64,000 nt of DNA from Eledone cirrhosa (GCA_964016885.1 OZ024741.1:183272001-183336000); one strand, 5' to 3'. Positions 41,681 to 54,092 are shown, numbered from the stretch's first letter. Notes: generated by a model from the sequence alone, not told the origin. Made by a program: numbers and translations.

Positions 41681-41859
41681 TAGAAGACAGCAGACAATAT
41701 GCAGTAGTGCATGTTGTTAAAAGGTCTTATATATAAGATTAATCAGAGGAGGAGATTAATAATTAGCCAGAGATAAAGGACTGATTGGTTATAGTTTATG
41801 TTTGTCTTTATCTTGATTAGGTATCACATTGATAATGAACTGGTTGCTATTATTGTAAG

Positions 41860-43480
41860 GTGATGATGGTAGTGGTGGTGGTGGTGGTGAGGTGGTGGTG
41901 GTGATGATGGTTCTGGTGAGGTTGGTGGTGGTGATGGTGATGATGGTACTGGTGAGGTTGGTGGTGGAGATGATGGTACTGGTGAGGTTGGTGGTGGTGA
42001 TGGTAGTAGTCGTGGTGGTGGTGGTGGTGGTGGTGGTGGTGATGATGGTTCTGGTGAGGTTGGTGGTGGTGATGATGGTACTGGTGAGGTTGGTAGTGGT
42101 GGTGGTGGTGGTGATGATGATGATGATGGTGGTGGTGATGATGATGGTACTGGTGAGGTTGGTGGAGGTGGTGGTAGTAGTGGTGGTGGTGATGATGATG
42201 GTACTGGTGAGGTTGGTGGTGGTGGTGGTGGTGGTGGTGATGATGGTACTGGTGAGGTTGGTGGTGGTAGTAGTGGTGGTAGTGGTGGTGGTGATGACGA
42301 TGGTACTGGTGAGGTTGGTGGTGGTGGTGGTAGTAGTGGTGGTAGTGGTGGTGGTGATGGTACTAGTGTGGTTGGTGGAGGTGGTGGTAGTAGTTATGTG
42401 GCTAGTGGTAGTTATAATGTTAGTTGTGGTGTCAATGGTGGTGGTTGAAGGTGGTAGTGGTAATTATGGTGGTGGTGGTGGTGGTGATGGTACTAGTGTG
42501 ATTAGTGGAGGTGGTGGTAGTGGTGGTAGTGGTTATGATGGTGGTGGTGGTGGTGGTGATGGTACTAGTGTGGTTAGTGGAGGTGGTGGTAGTGGTGGTA
42601 GTGGTTATGATGGTGGTGGTGGTGATGGTACTAGTGTGGTTGGTGGAGGTGGTGGTAGTAGTTATGTGGCTAGTGGTAGTTATAATGTTAGTTGTGGTGG
42701 TGGTGGTGGTTGTAGGCGGTAGTGGTGGTAGTGGTAATGATGGTGGTGATGGTGGTGGTTATATGGCTAGTAGTAATATAATGCTAGTTGTGCTGGCAAT
42801 GATGGTGATGGTGGTTGTGGTGGTGATGGTGGCAGTGGTAATGATGATGGTGGTAGTGGTAGTAGTTATATGGCTAGTGGTGGTTATAATGTTAGTTGTG
42901 GTGGCAATGATGGTGGTGGTAGTGGTGGTGGTAGTGGTGGTGGTAGTAGTTATATGGCTAGTGGTGGTTATAATGTTAGTTGTGGTGGCAATGATGGTGG
43001 TGGTAGTGGTGGTTGTAGTGGTGGTGGTAGTAGTTATATGGCTAGTGGTGGTTATAATGTTAGTTGTGGTGGCAATGATGGTGGTGGTGGTTGTGGTGGT
43101 GATGGTGGCAGTGGTAATGATGATGGTGGTGGTGGTAGTGGTAGTAGTTATATGGCTAGTGGTGGTTATAATGTTAGTTGTGGTAGCTATAATGGTGGTG
43201 GTGGTTATAGCGATTGCAGTAGAGGTGATGGTGGTGCTGTTTTGGAGGGTTATGGTGATGCTGATGGTATGGTAGCCATTATGGTGGTGGTAGTGATGGT
43301 CGAGGTAGTGATATTGATCATAATGTTAATGGTAGTGATGGTTGTGATGCTAGTTATGTTGATGGTCGTAGTGAGGGTAGCGGTAGTGATGATGACCGTA
43401 GTGCTTGTGGTTGTGATGGTAGTTGTTATAGTGGTAGTACTGATGATAATCGTTGTGTTAGTAGTAGTGGTGGTAGTAAT
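41860..43480. repeat. (GGT/GAT/AGT)n low-complexity tract with higher-order units
   Basis: Triplet repeat with recurring units gatgatggtactggtgaggtt and gtagttatatggctagtggtggttataatgttagttgtggtggcaatgat. Confidence 0.9.
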
Positions 43481-43489
43481 GGTTTTGAT

Positions 43490-43733
43490 CAACAACAACC
43501 CTGAGCACCTTTTTCAATTCCATATGTCTAACACCCACGGAGATGCTTACAAAATCAGATAGTAGTACCACTCCCATGACTTTTGGAAACATTTTTTCAC
43601 ACTCAGAGTTGTTGAAGCATGGAACAAACTACCTGCATAAGTTGTTAGCTGTCAGGACACTGCATCCTTCAAAACTTCCATGCTTCCCAAAGTTCGTCAA
43701 CACTACACCTGATACTCCCTTCCAGATACACAC

Positions 43734-43779
<46 letters not shown>

Positions 43780-44085
43780 CATGACTCATACACTGTTCAC
43801 TTTCCTGACATTTGTACATTATTCTATGTGCGGTGGATTGGCAGTATCGGTAGAGGGTCAGACGCCATGCTTTGCAGCACAGTTATGTCCCTTTATGGAC
43901 TGAGTTCAAATCGAGGCGAGGTTAACTTTGCCTTTCATCCTTACAGGGTCGATAAAATAAAGTACCAGTAATACACTGGGATAATTGCTGGCCTTGTGCC
44001 AAAAGTAGAAACAATTATTCTATGCACTATACATGCACCTTTGATGAGTTGTAGTGCACCTGAGCACTGTACACAATAATTTTTA
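43490..44085 (+). mobile_element. CR1/L2-type LINE 3' end interrupted by a SINE; related - strand copy at ~6290-6540
   Basis: tttttcacactcagagttgttgaagcatggaacaaactacct reads FFTLRVVEAWNKLP; shared 3' sequence gttgtagtgcacctgagcactg. Confidence 0.7.
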
Positions 44086-44986
44086 TTATTATTATCAGAT
44101 GAATTGGCAGTATTGGTAGAGAGTCAGATGCCATGCTTTGCAGCAAAGAGTTACGGCCCTTTACGGATTGAGTTAAAATCCTGCCGAGGTTAGCTTTGCC
44201 TTTCCTCCTTACAGGGTCGATAAAATAAAGTACCAGTAATGTACTGGGATAATTGCTGGCCTTGTGCCAAAAGCAGAAACAATTATTATTATCAGATTCT
44301 ATCTATCAAATTCCAATTACAAGGCAATGGTCAACATTAGGATTGTGGACACGATAGAAGACGCTTGCCCATGGTATTGCACAGTGGGATTAATCCCAGA
44401 ATCAAGTTGTTGCAAATTAAACTTCTAAACCACCATCAACTGCTACTTTATTTTATCACCTTTGTAAATAAGAATGGTAAAGTTGACTTTGGAAGGATTT
44501 GAACTTGGAACTTAACCCTTTCAATATCAAACCTTCTGAGACCAGCTCTAGTTCTACTTTACAAAACTATTCATTTTAAATGTTATCATCATCATCATTT
44601 TCATCTACTTTTACATACTTGCATAGGTTGGACATGCCCAAATCTTTTTTCGTTTTCCTCTACTTCAGCTTCCTTCCACTTCACCCAGTAATCATTTATA
44701 TTTTTCTAAAAACTTTCTACCTTAATTTTATATTAGAAACTTTGTTACATTTTGCTTCAAACACCAACTAGATAATGAAAAGGTTATTTATATTACTAAA
44801 TCCCTCCAAATTCTTAATTATTTTCAAAATTATTTGAAAATAATAGGCAGTGTCTTTCATTAGAAATATGGTAACGAATAGTTTAAAGCAATGCAACCTT
44901 ATACTTCAATTCATTTTCTCTGACACTTTACTGATCTCTACCAAATCAAACACCCCTAATCTTCTACAACTTCATTCATATTTCAG

Positions 44987-45076
44987 TTATAACCAAGTGA
45001 ACAACTTAAGAGAAATCCAAGCTATGCGACATTTGAATCCCCATCGCAATATTTTAGACCTTCAGGAAGTAATATT
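44987..45076 (+). CDS. MOK: MOK-like kinase exon (alphaC helix)
   Basis: tttcag|...|gtaagt; 90 nt; (S)YNQVNNLREIQAMRHLNPHRNILDLQEVI(F); phase matches the previous exon. Confidence 0.95.
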
Positions 45077-46207
45077 GTAAGTTAAGCCTACATTAATTAC
45101 TGTCTTACTCTAGATTGGTTATGAGGTTACATTTAAAAAAAAAAATCATATGCTAAACAAAGTGTCAGGAAGACCTTTCACCTGTGTCAAAAAACATAAC
45201 AACCTCCCTAGTGTTAGTATCATAAAATGCACTCAGCAAAATGTGGAACTATATGTAAGTAAGATACAATGTTTCCAGCCTCTCTGAGAGGTCAGTAGCC
45301 CCGATTGAGCACTGAGTTGGTCTGTAAAGACCCATCCAAACCCTTACAAGCAGGGAAAAGGGATATTGAATAATGATGATGATGATGTGAAAGATATCTG
45401 GTTTAGAATAGGCATACTGTATCTCTGCATATCGTAAGGAGTGACTAAATGGGTCAGTGTCAGGAGGGGCATCCAGCTGTAAAACAGTGCCTCAAAAATT
45501 CCCATATAACCCATGCCAGCATGGAAAAGTTGACATAAAAATGATAATGATGATGATGATGAAGATAATCATAGTTTGAGAACAATAGCATTATTTGTTA
45601 CAGGTTTTCTAATAGGCCAATCATTGGCATTTACAAATGTGAGAGTGACAACAAAGAAGTGCCTGAGCACTTTGGACAGATTTTCATTTGGAAGCATCGA
45701 CTTATCTGTCTCTATTCATTATTTACATCTTTTATCAATATATGGCTAAAAGAAAGATATACACAAGCTTGATATTTACATTAGGATTTATTTTAATTTG
45801 CATCTTGGATATATACCATTATCTGTAACAAGAAGGCGGTGGATTGGCAGTATCGGTAGAGTGTCGGACGTCATGCTTTGACGCATAATGTTACGGCCTT
45901 TGCCATTCTCAGTTCAAATCCCGCCGAGGTCAACTTTGCCTTTCATCCTTATGGGGTCGATAAAATGAAGTACCAGTAATGTACTGGGTATTTGCTGGCC
46001 TTGTGCCAAAAGTAGAAACAATTATCTGTAAAAAGCACCTAGAAAATCTTTTCTTGTTGTACACTCTGGCTTATGTATGATGGCAATATACCATGCTTAT
46101 TATTAATGTTGTTGTTAATAGCTTATTGGAAGATTGAATGAATCAATGCCCTGATTTATATCTACCTAATACAGAGATTAGTGGATGCAATATGGCTGAT
46201 TGGTTAA

Positions 46208-46405
46208 CCCTTTAGCACTTACATTACTCTATATATACTATTGTATTTTTGCAATAAAGGCTTTATCTCACATAATATCGTATCTATGAGATTTTGTTAT
46301 TATTTATTTTGAGAACAATACCTTAACATCAGTATGAGTGGCCAGTTTGAACAGAAAGAGGTGAGAGAATTCTTGCCGGATACAACCAGTTTAAATGTTA
46401 AAGTG
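46208..46405. mobile_element. ~200-bp piggyBac-type MITE (other copies 5918-6105 and ~55209-55419)
   Basis: TTAA|CCCTTTAGCA...TG(C/T)TAAAG(G/T)G|TTAA ends with shared internal sequence in three copies. Confidence 0.75.
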
Positions 46406-48755
46406 TTAAGAAGCTGGCTTCACAATCCTTAGATCTTGGGTTCAATCCTACCGCATGGCATCTTGGGCAAGTGTTATTTATTATAGCTTCACATTGACCC
46501 ATGCTTTGTAAATGAAATTGGGTTGACTGAAACTGTTCCAAAGCTTATTGGATTCACTGTATATGTTATTCAAAGGATCAGCCTTATTGTATACACTGTC
46601 ATGTTGAATCTCTCTGAGAATTATGTTATGGGCATACTTGTCTGTGGAATGTTCAGCCATTTATGTGTTAATTTCACAAGCAGACAGCTCCATTGATCAA
46701 ACAACTGGAGTACTCATCATCGAAACTGATGGAGGTCCATTCCACAAGAGTAATAGCTGATGCTGTGCCCTAACTCTACCTATGTAATCTCTGTTTTGGT
46801 GAAAGAATATTTTTTCCGTGCATGAGCTGATGATTTTTTGTGTCATAGTATCAGGTTTATATAAGGAAGCTGAGTTTTTTAATAAGTAATAAGTATCAGG
46901 AGAAGTTGAGAGAGAGAGAGTTTTGCCCACTTTGGGTGGATGTTCTGTCAGAATAACAAAGCCAAAGACAATCAAATTTGCCCACTTTAGGTGCATGCCC
47001 TGCCAGAATAACATAACCAAAGACATTGGCCAGATTGAAGAGGCAGAACATTCAACTAGGTTAAAGGAGCCAATGCTGGAGACAGCTGAGCAAAAAATCT
47101 CTTGTGGAACATATAGAAATGGAATCAACCAAGTTGTGATTGTACCTAAGAGCAATGTATGATTTGCTTTTATCCCCAGCTAATATTAGACAGTAGGGCT
47201 GGAGTGACATTTGATTGTTCTGGAGGCTATGCATTGTTAGAACGTATGCATGTTGCATGTTAATTATCAGTTGCAAAATATCCCTGGTGGCATAGCCAAA
47301 TCTTAAATATCCTTGCTGGTGCACTATAACAGCAATGTAGCATTATCAATGTAATGAGAATCAACACCAAATTGCACCCTGTTGGTTTTTTACCTGGAGG
47401 GTGAGAAAGAACAGCACAGGTGCATCAACAAGACCCTGACTTTTGAATGATGCCAATGACTGGAAGGTACAATTAGATTTGAAGGTAAGTTCATGTTCCC
47501 ATTCCATATTTCACTCACAAAGCAATACCCTGATCCTATGACATGGTCTGACTTGATGCAGTAAGTCCTGCTTGTGAAGTTAACATGCATGTGATTGAGC
47601 ATTCCACAGACATATGTATCCTTAATGTAGGCTCTTAGGGAAATTTAGTGGGACACAGTGCCTGACAAGGCTGGCCCTTTGAATCACTGGTGCAGTTAAT
47701 CTGACAGGCTTCTAAGCAGTTTTCATCTCCCCAGTTTTATTCACAAGGCATGGGTCAACCTCACCTAAGATGCCAATCAGTGGGATCAAATCAGAGACCC
47801 AATTATTGTGAAGTGAAATTATTAACTATTCGGCCATACCATGTGTATTGTCTGAAATATGAAGACTTAGGGAATACTCATGAAAAACAATAGGTAAATT
47901 AGTGTTAGCATAATAAATACAGGGAGCACTAAAATGTTATCTATAAATAAGTATGTGGCAAGGATAAATAAAATTATAATAAATATTATAAGAAATGCAG
48001 CATATTTGATTATTGCTGTCATCACCCTCAGCATTTTCATGTTGGCATGAGTTGGATGTGGCTTTTTGAGGCAGCTTTTCTATAACCACACGCCCTTCCT
48101 GACACAAACCCATAATTTATTTTTAAGTATGGTTTATACTACTAACCTTTGTTGAATTTTTATGCTGTGGAATGTATTGTTTATGCAGGACATAATCAAA
48201 TACCACTGCTTGCTTTAAATAGTATTGTTAGGAAGATTCACTTGGAAACAGATACACAGACACACAAACACATGTGCACACACATGCACATATAATCACA
48301 CATACACTTGATGGCTTTCCTCACAATCCCACCCCCCTACCAAATTCACTCAAAAAGCATTGGTTATCCCAAGTAATTCAAATGCTTAATAAATTTGGGA
48401 GCAGCTATTACAGTTAGTTACATACTATGTTGTTGCAACTCTCTGAGCTATGAGTTCAAATTTCACCAAGGTCAATTTTGCCTTTCTTACTTTTAAGGTC
48501 AAGAAATAAAGTACCAGTCCAGTACTAGAGTTGATTCTTCTTCCCTTTCTTTGTCTTTCTCTGGAAGAAATTGACTGTGTGCTGACCTGGAAAGAGTTAG
48601 GTACTGCCTGGTTTAAAAATGTCCAAGACAAGGCATGTGTCAGAATGGTGCTCCTATGACTCCATCAGGAATTGAAGACTCTTTATTTTTTCACCTTTAC
48701 AGACTCTGTAAGAGGACTATCTATGGTAGCCGTGTATTATTTCATAACTTAAAAG

Positions 48756-48945
48756 GGCGGTGGATTGGCAGTATCGGTAGAGGGTCGGACGCCATGCTTT
48801 CCAGCATAGTTACGTCCCTTTACGATCTGAGTTCAAATTCCGCCGAGGTTGACTTTGCCTTTCATCCTTACGGGGTCGATAAAATAAAGTACCAGTAATG
48901 CACTGGATAATTGCTGGCCTTGTGCCTAAAGTAGAAACAATTATT
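48756..48945 (+). mobile_element. tRNA-derived SINE with Nin/Deu-like core (representative copy). Others: 9473-9657+, 12232-12482+ (2), 12530-12708-, 20300-20612+ (2), 20654-20765-, 43832-44018+, 44098-44290+, 45835-46025+, 56165-56670- (2), 59925-60330- (2), plus decayed copies at 7680-9750
   Basis: A-box tggcagtatcgg, B-box gagttcaaat, core gcctttcatccttacggggtcgataaaataaagtacc, tail acaattatt, TSD tttcataacttaaa. Confidence 0.9.
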
Positions 48946-49400
48946 TCATAACTTAAATGAATCTAATTGACATTGAATATTTGCGGCACAGTATCAAAGA
49001 GATTGTGTAGGTGTCACGACAAAAAACCCCCCAAAACACACAGTCCATGCTGTGTAGGAAACACGGTAAAAAGGCTCCCAGTCTACACTGTAACTGTGGT
49101 TGGTGCTAGGAAGGGCATCCAGCCATAGAAAACCTGCCAGATAGAGACACTGTCACCTGACCAATCTTGCCTCAAGTGGGACAATTCCTGTCTAACCCAT
49201 GCTAGCGTGGAAGATAGATGTTAAACGATGATGATGATGATGATGATGATGATGAAAGCAAGTTTGTAAAAGCCTCCAAAATCTGATTTTTTTTTATAAT
49301 AAAGAAAACCAATTATGCTGTCAATGTTATGATAAATTTTCAAATGTATCATTGCTATTCTTAAAAATATCTTCTCCTCTTCCCCTATTCATTTTTCCAG

Positions 49401-49471
49401 TGACAAGAAATCTGGGGTTTTAGTTTTGATCTGTGAACTGATGGACATGAATATCTATGAATATATTCGAG
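49401..49471 (+). CDS. MOK: MOK-like kinase exon (hinge)
   Basis: tttttccag|...|gttggt; 71 nt; (F)DKKSGVLVLICELMDMNIYEYIR(D); in phase. Confidence 0.95.
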
Positions 49472-50124
49472 GTTGGTAAACAACGTTTGACTAAAATTGA
49501 ACTCTTTAATATATTTGGGAAGGAATATCTTATATATAAATGGAAATTCTTGATTCTATGTGTCTGCTTAAAACTAAAGAATTAGCAAATGGACATCAAC
49601 AAAATTACATAAATATATTTACTACATCATGGGACAAGTACTGTAAGAATTGTTTTGCTTTACAAAGCAAGCAATCCATTTAAATTCAATCCTCCATATT
49701 CCCATATGCATATTGAAAAACCTGGCCATTTTGTTTTATCTTTCTCCATTCTGTAGAGAAAGAGTGAACGAATGAGAGAGTGAAAGAAAGAGAAGATGGG
49801 AGAAATAAAGAAAGAGAGAATTGATGAAAGAGAGAAAGGGAATGGGAGAGAGAATGAGAGGAGATAGGAGGGGGAAAGAGAGAAAGGATCAGAGAAAAAA
49901 AGAAAGAAAGAAAAGAGAAATAAATGGGGGGGGGATGCATTCGATAAAATTGAGAGAAAGTGGTAATGGGAAAGTAAACAAACAACTCACTTTTTTTTGT
50001 TTTTACTCACTCTCTCCTTTCTTCTCTTCCTCACATTACTCTTCTCTTTCTTTTTGTCACATTCATCTCTCATGTATATATCTATATACAATTAAAGTAG
50101 GTATGGGAGAGTAAAGCAGACATA

Positions 50125-50994
50125 CGAGGTATGTCAGAAAAGTTCCAGGACTGATGTCACAAAAGATTTATTTCAAACCCAAACTTCACACTAACCGTTT
50201 TTCTCCTTCAAAGTAATCCCCCTGGAGTATGTAACTGTAATCTTAGCTCTCTACAGCGATCAAACATTTTTCTTCATAATTTTATATACATGTCCTCTGT
50301 TTCAGGTCGTCAAGCAATGAGCACAGAGCAACGAATAAACTTGAAGTTTCTGGTACGGTTGGGGAAAACTCTATCAGAAGCACTGGGATTGCTGCAGCAA
50401 GTGTATGGAGATGAGATGATGTCACGCTCACGTGTTTTTGAGTGGTGCAGAAGGCCCTCAACAACCAGGACTGAGGTCAACGTTGAGCGCGTCAGGCAGA
50501 TGGTGCGTAGCGATCGTCGGCTGACTGTTTGACTGATGGCAAATGAGCTGGGCATGAATCGGGACAGCGTCTGGAAGATTCTCACTGAAGATTTGGACAT
50601 GTGGAAAGTCTGCGCAAAGATGGTGCCAAAACTGCTGAACGATGACCAGAAGGGTCGACGCATGTAGGTGTGCCAGGACATCCTCGAACGTCTTGAAACC
50701 GAACCAGACTTGCTAGGGACAGTCATCACCGGTGATGAGTCATGGATCTTCGAGTACGACCCAGAGGGGACCCGTTTTGAAGATGTGGACGACATCAAAA
50801 AGGCCGTGACGACGGAACTGCAGAGGATCCCGGAAGAATCCTTCCAGGAGTGCATGCAAGCATGGCAGAAAAGGATGGAAAAGTGCATTAGACTCCAGGG
50901 GGATTACTTTGAAGGAGAAAACTCTTAGTGTGAAGTTTGGGTTTGAAATAAATCTTTTGTGACATCAGTCCTGGAACTTTTCTGACACACCTCG
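50125..50994 (+). mobile_element. Internally deleted mariner element
   Basis: 70-bp TIRs (extendable to ~104 bp) with TA flanks. HTH EQRINLKFLVRLGKT and ITGDESWIFEYDPE fused directly to GTRFEDVDDIKK, so the catalytic core is deleted. Confidence 0.92.
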
Positions 50995-51229
50995 TATATA
51001 TTCATATATATATATATGGGGGGGGGGGGTTGTGTGCGTGCATGCACGAGTCTGTGTGTGTTTGCATTCTTTAACCTTCAGCGCACTCTAGGCGCCTTAT
51101 GTCACCAATAGAGTAAGCTCCCCTTAATACATAATGCAGTGTCAAGAGAAACAATTCATTAAAAAATCCACCATGCTAAAGGTTAACTCTCTCAAGTTAA
51201 ATAAAGCAGATGGTGTATATCTTATTACA

Positions 51230-51907
51230 GTCAGCTTTATGTTGGTTCTACAAGAGGATCTTTGGATCTTTGTATTTGATATCCACCAGCACCATCCAAC
51301 AATGATCAGCCTAGCAGTCCATCTGGAAAATAGACAGAGAGTGTGTTTCACTGAGACCACTTCACATCAGTTAGCACAAGCACCGCCTGACACTACTCTA
51401 ACTGCTTTTTTTAAACTCTGCCAGAATGATGTATTTGCTTGATAGTAATCGTAATAATAATCTTAATACAAGGTTGGGCAAAAGAGAACATCAATTTCTT
51501 TCTAAAAATTTACACAATCCGACACTGATGCTTTTCATATCAGTGTGTCTCAATGTAAACAGGGTCATTTAGTGGAAGTTTATGATGTCAAGGCAAGTGA
51601 TGTTATTGGGCGTGTTTACAATGTCCACCTAAACAACAGAGAGTTCTTTTATCTGCGGCTACTTCTGTATACTGTTTGAGGTCCAATGTCATTGGAGGAT
51701 CTCAGGTGCTTCAAGGGAGGGTGTAGGCAACATGTCAAGAAGCATGTAAACAGCATGGGCTCCAGTATGACAATGGACATTGGAAGATGACCCTAGAAGA
51801 AGCAGCAGTCACTCTAGTAGCCAGTTGTTTGCTATTATGTTCACAACATGTGGAATTTATGAAGCTCAGCTACTCTGGGAGGAATACTAAGACAATATGT
51901 TGGAAGA

Positions 51908-51910
<3 letters not shown>
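51230..51910 (+). mobile_element. Helitron Rep-helicase fragment
   Basis: WIFVFDIHQHHPTMISLAVHLENRQRVCF...TTLTAFFKLCQND and IGRVYNVHLNNREFFYLRLLL, motifs typical of the Helitron RepHel linker. Confidence 0.8.
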
Positions 51911-52003
<93 letters not shown>

Positions 52004-52227
52004 CGTTTCTGAATTTGTTTAGCAAGATTCTTTATCTGAAATCGTGTGTTGAAACCGATATTGTTATACTTTGGGAGGGTCATGTTGCCAATAAGAAACA
52101 CATGCACCAGTTGCTTTCACTTCAATTTATTATATATTTATAAATTTATAAATTTACAAATCTACAAATTTATAAATTTCTGGTTGGTTGGTTGGTTGGT
52201 TCCACAACCAGATAGTTGTTTATATAT

Positions 52228-52272
52228 AGTCATAGTCCTTTCGTCACACACTCTGTGACCTCTTCAGTGACT
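52228..52272 (-). ncRNA. Minimal hammerhead ribozyme, left arm of palindrome
   Basis: Reverse complement reads AGUCA CUGAAGA G GUCACA GAGUG UGUGAC GAAA GGAC UA|UGACU. Confidence 0.75.
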
Positions 52273-52690
52273 GGGGATTCCTTTCTTTGTTTCTGTGCCT
52301 TTCCTTTCTTCTGTCCTACGCCATTTTGTTTATGTGTGTGTGTTATGTGCTCAGTTTGCGCATGCGCCACATCCGGGTGTCTGTGTGTGTTTGTGTTCAT
52401 TTATCTATTTGTTTATTTATTTACATGTTATTGGTTGGTTGTTTGTTCTATGTGTGTGTTTTCATTTTGTCCTTAATTGTAATTAAGGACAAAATGAAAA
52501 CACACACACACATAGAACAAACAACCAACCAATAACATGTAAATAAATAAACAAATAGATAAATGAACACAAACACACACAGACACCCGGATGTGGCGCA
52601 TGCGCAAACTGAGCACACAACACACACACAGAAACAAAATGGCGTAGGACAGAAGAAAGGAAAGGCACAGAAACAAAGAAAGGAATCCCC

Positions 52691-52735
52691 AGTCACTGAA
52701 GAGGTCACAGAGTGTATGACGAAAGGACTATGACT
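52691..52735 (+). ncRNA. Minimal hammerhead ribozyme, right arm of palindrome
   Basis: AGUCA CUGAAGA G GUCACA GAGUG UAUGAC GAAA GGAC UA|UGACU, with one stem II mismatch. Confidence 0.72.
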
Positions 52736-52915
52736 ATATATAAACAACTATCTGGTTGTGGAACCAACCAACCAACCAACCAGAAATTTATAAATCTGTA
52801 GATTTGTAAATTTATAAATTTATAAATATAATAAATTGAAGTGAAAGCAACTGGTGCGTGTGTTTCTTATTGGCAACATGACCCTCCCAAAGTATAACAA
52901 TATATATATATATAT

Positions 52916-53458
52916 ATAAAAACAAATAACGAAACGAAATTAAATTTCGTTTCGTTTGTAACTCACTTTTGTATGACTGACGCTTAAACAATTAAGTTAA
53001 AAATGTACATCCACATATGTATACTGAAATACTAGTATGCATATGAATACACACATGTGTACATATGTAGATGTACCGAGTTTTTCACTGGACACTTTAC
53101 TGTGAGTGTCCAGCTATTCTGTATGTAAACACACAGACAAACCGGTTTTTAGAGTCATACTGGTTTTCGAGGAAACACCTTTCCTCTATTCTCCAGAAAG
53201 CCAGACAAGGAATATTGGACAAGTTTCGATGTTGTTACATCTCATCAGCAATATTTACCTATCTTCCGGCCCCTCTAGAGAATCGTAAAAGCACATATCG
53301 TTATATGCTTTTTCTATGAAAATTAGTAGTGGGCAGACTAATTTGCATAGAGCGTGAGTATGTACCGGTTCAGCGGAGACGATAAAAACAAATAACGAAA
53401 CGAAATTAAATTTCGTTTCGTTTGTAACTCACTTTTGTATGACTGACGCTTAAACAAT
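52916..53458 (-). mobile_element. Non-coding hammerhead-bearing element with 77-bp terminal direct repeat (retrozyme-like or non-autonomous Penelope-like)
   Basis: 52916-52992 is repeated exactly at 53382-53458 (period 466). One intact internal hammerhead. Both ends abut (TA)n. Confidence 0.7.
53211..53255 (-). ncRNA. Minimal type I hammerhead ribozyme, intact
   Basis: Reverse complement reads AAUAUUG CUGAUGA GAUGU AACA ACAUC GAAAC UU GUC|CAAUAUU. Perfect 7-bp stem I, 5-bp stem II, 2-bp stem III and a GUC triplet. Confidence 0.88.
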
Positions 53459-53509
53459 ATATTTATTTATATATATATATATATTTATTTATATATATAT
53501 ATATTTATT

Positions 53510-53757
<248 letters not shown>

Positions 53758-53795
53758 TTCATCAAATTATGTTTCATATAATTTTTGTTTTATAG

Positions 53796-53874
53796 ACAAA
53801 AGAAATTATTTATCTGAAAGGACAGTAAAAAATTATATGTATCAACTTTGCAAATCGATAGACCATATACACAG
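53796..53874 (+). CDS. MOK: MOK-like kinase exon (alphaE helix)
   Basis: ttttatag|...|gtaaga; 79 nt; (D)KRNYLSERTVKNYMYQLCKSIDHIH(R); in phase. Confidence 0.95.
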
Positions 53875-53939
53875 GTAAGACTACATGATCAGTTGATCAT
53901 ATATACTTAGGTAAGGCTATATATATATATATATTTGTA

Positions 53940-53999
<60 letters not shown>

Positions 54000-54039
54000 T
54001 ACAAATATTAATAAAATAGATGTTCTTATGATCAATTAA

Positions 54040-54092
54040 ATTTTATTATACATATTTCAGAGGTACAACAGTACGTCCTCATCAGACAAAAT
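54040..54092 (-). ncRNA. Type I hammerhead ribozyme (related to 585-650)
   Basis: Reverse complement reads AUUUUGU CUGAUGA GGAC GUAC UGUU GUAC CUCU GAA AUAUGUAU A|AUAAAAU. Confidence 0.78.

Larger units (their letters stand above)
52058..52903. repeat. ~850 bp near-perfect palindrome (probable Penelope-like pseudo-LTR inverted repeat)
   Basis: Arms of ~420 bp centred on ccttaatt-gt-aattaagg (52479-52480), with only a few mismatches and indels. A related single copy lies at ~27005-27290. Confidence 0.9.

Noticed and set aside
41892-43562. Val-rich and Gly-rich ORFs of 230-276 aa
   Set aside because: They arise from a stop-poor triplet repeat inside an intron, with no splice or signal evidence.
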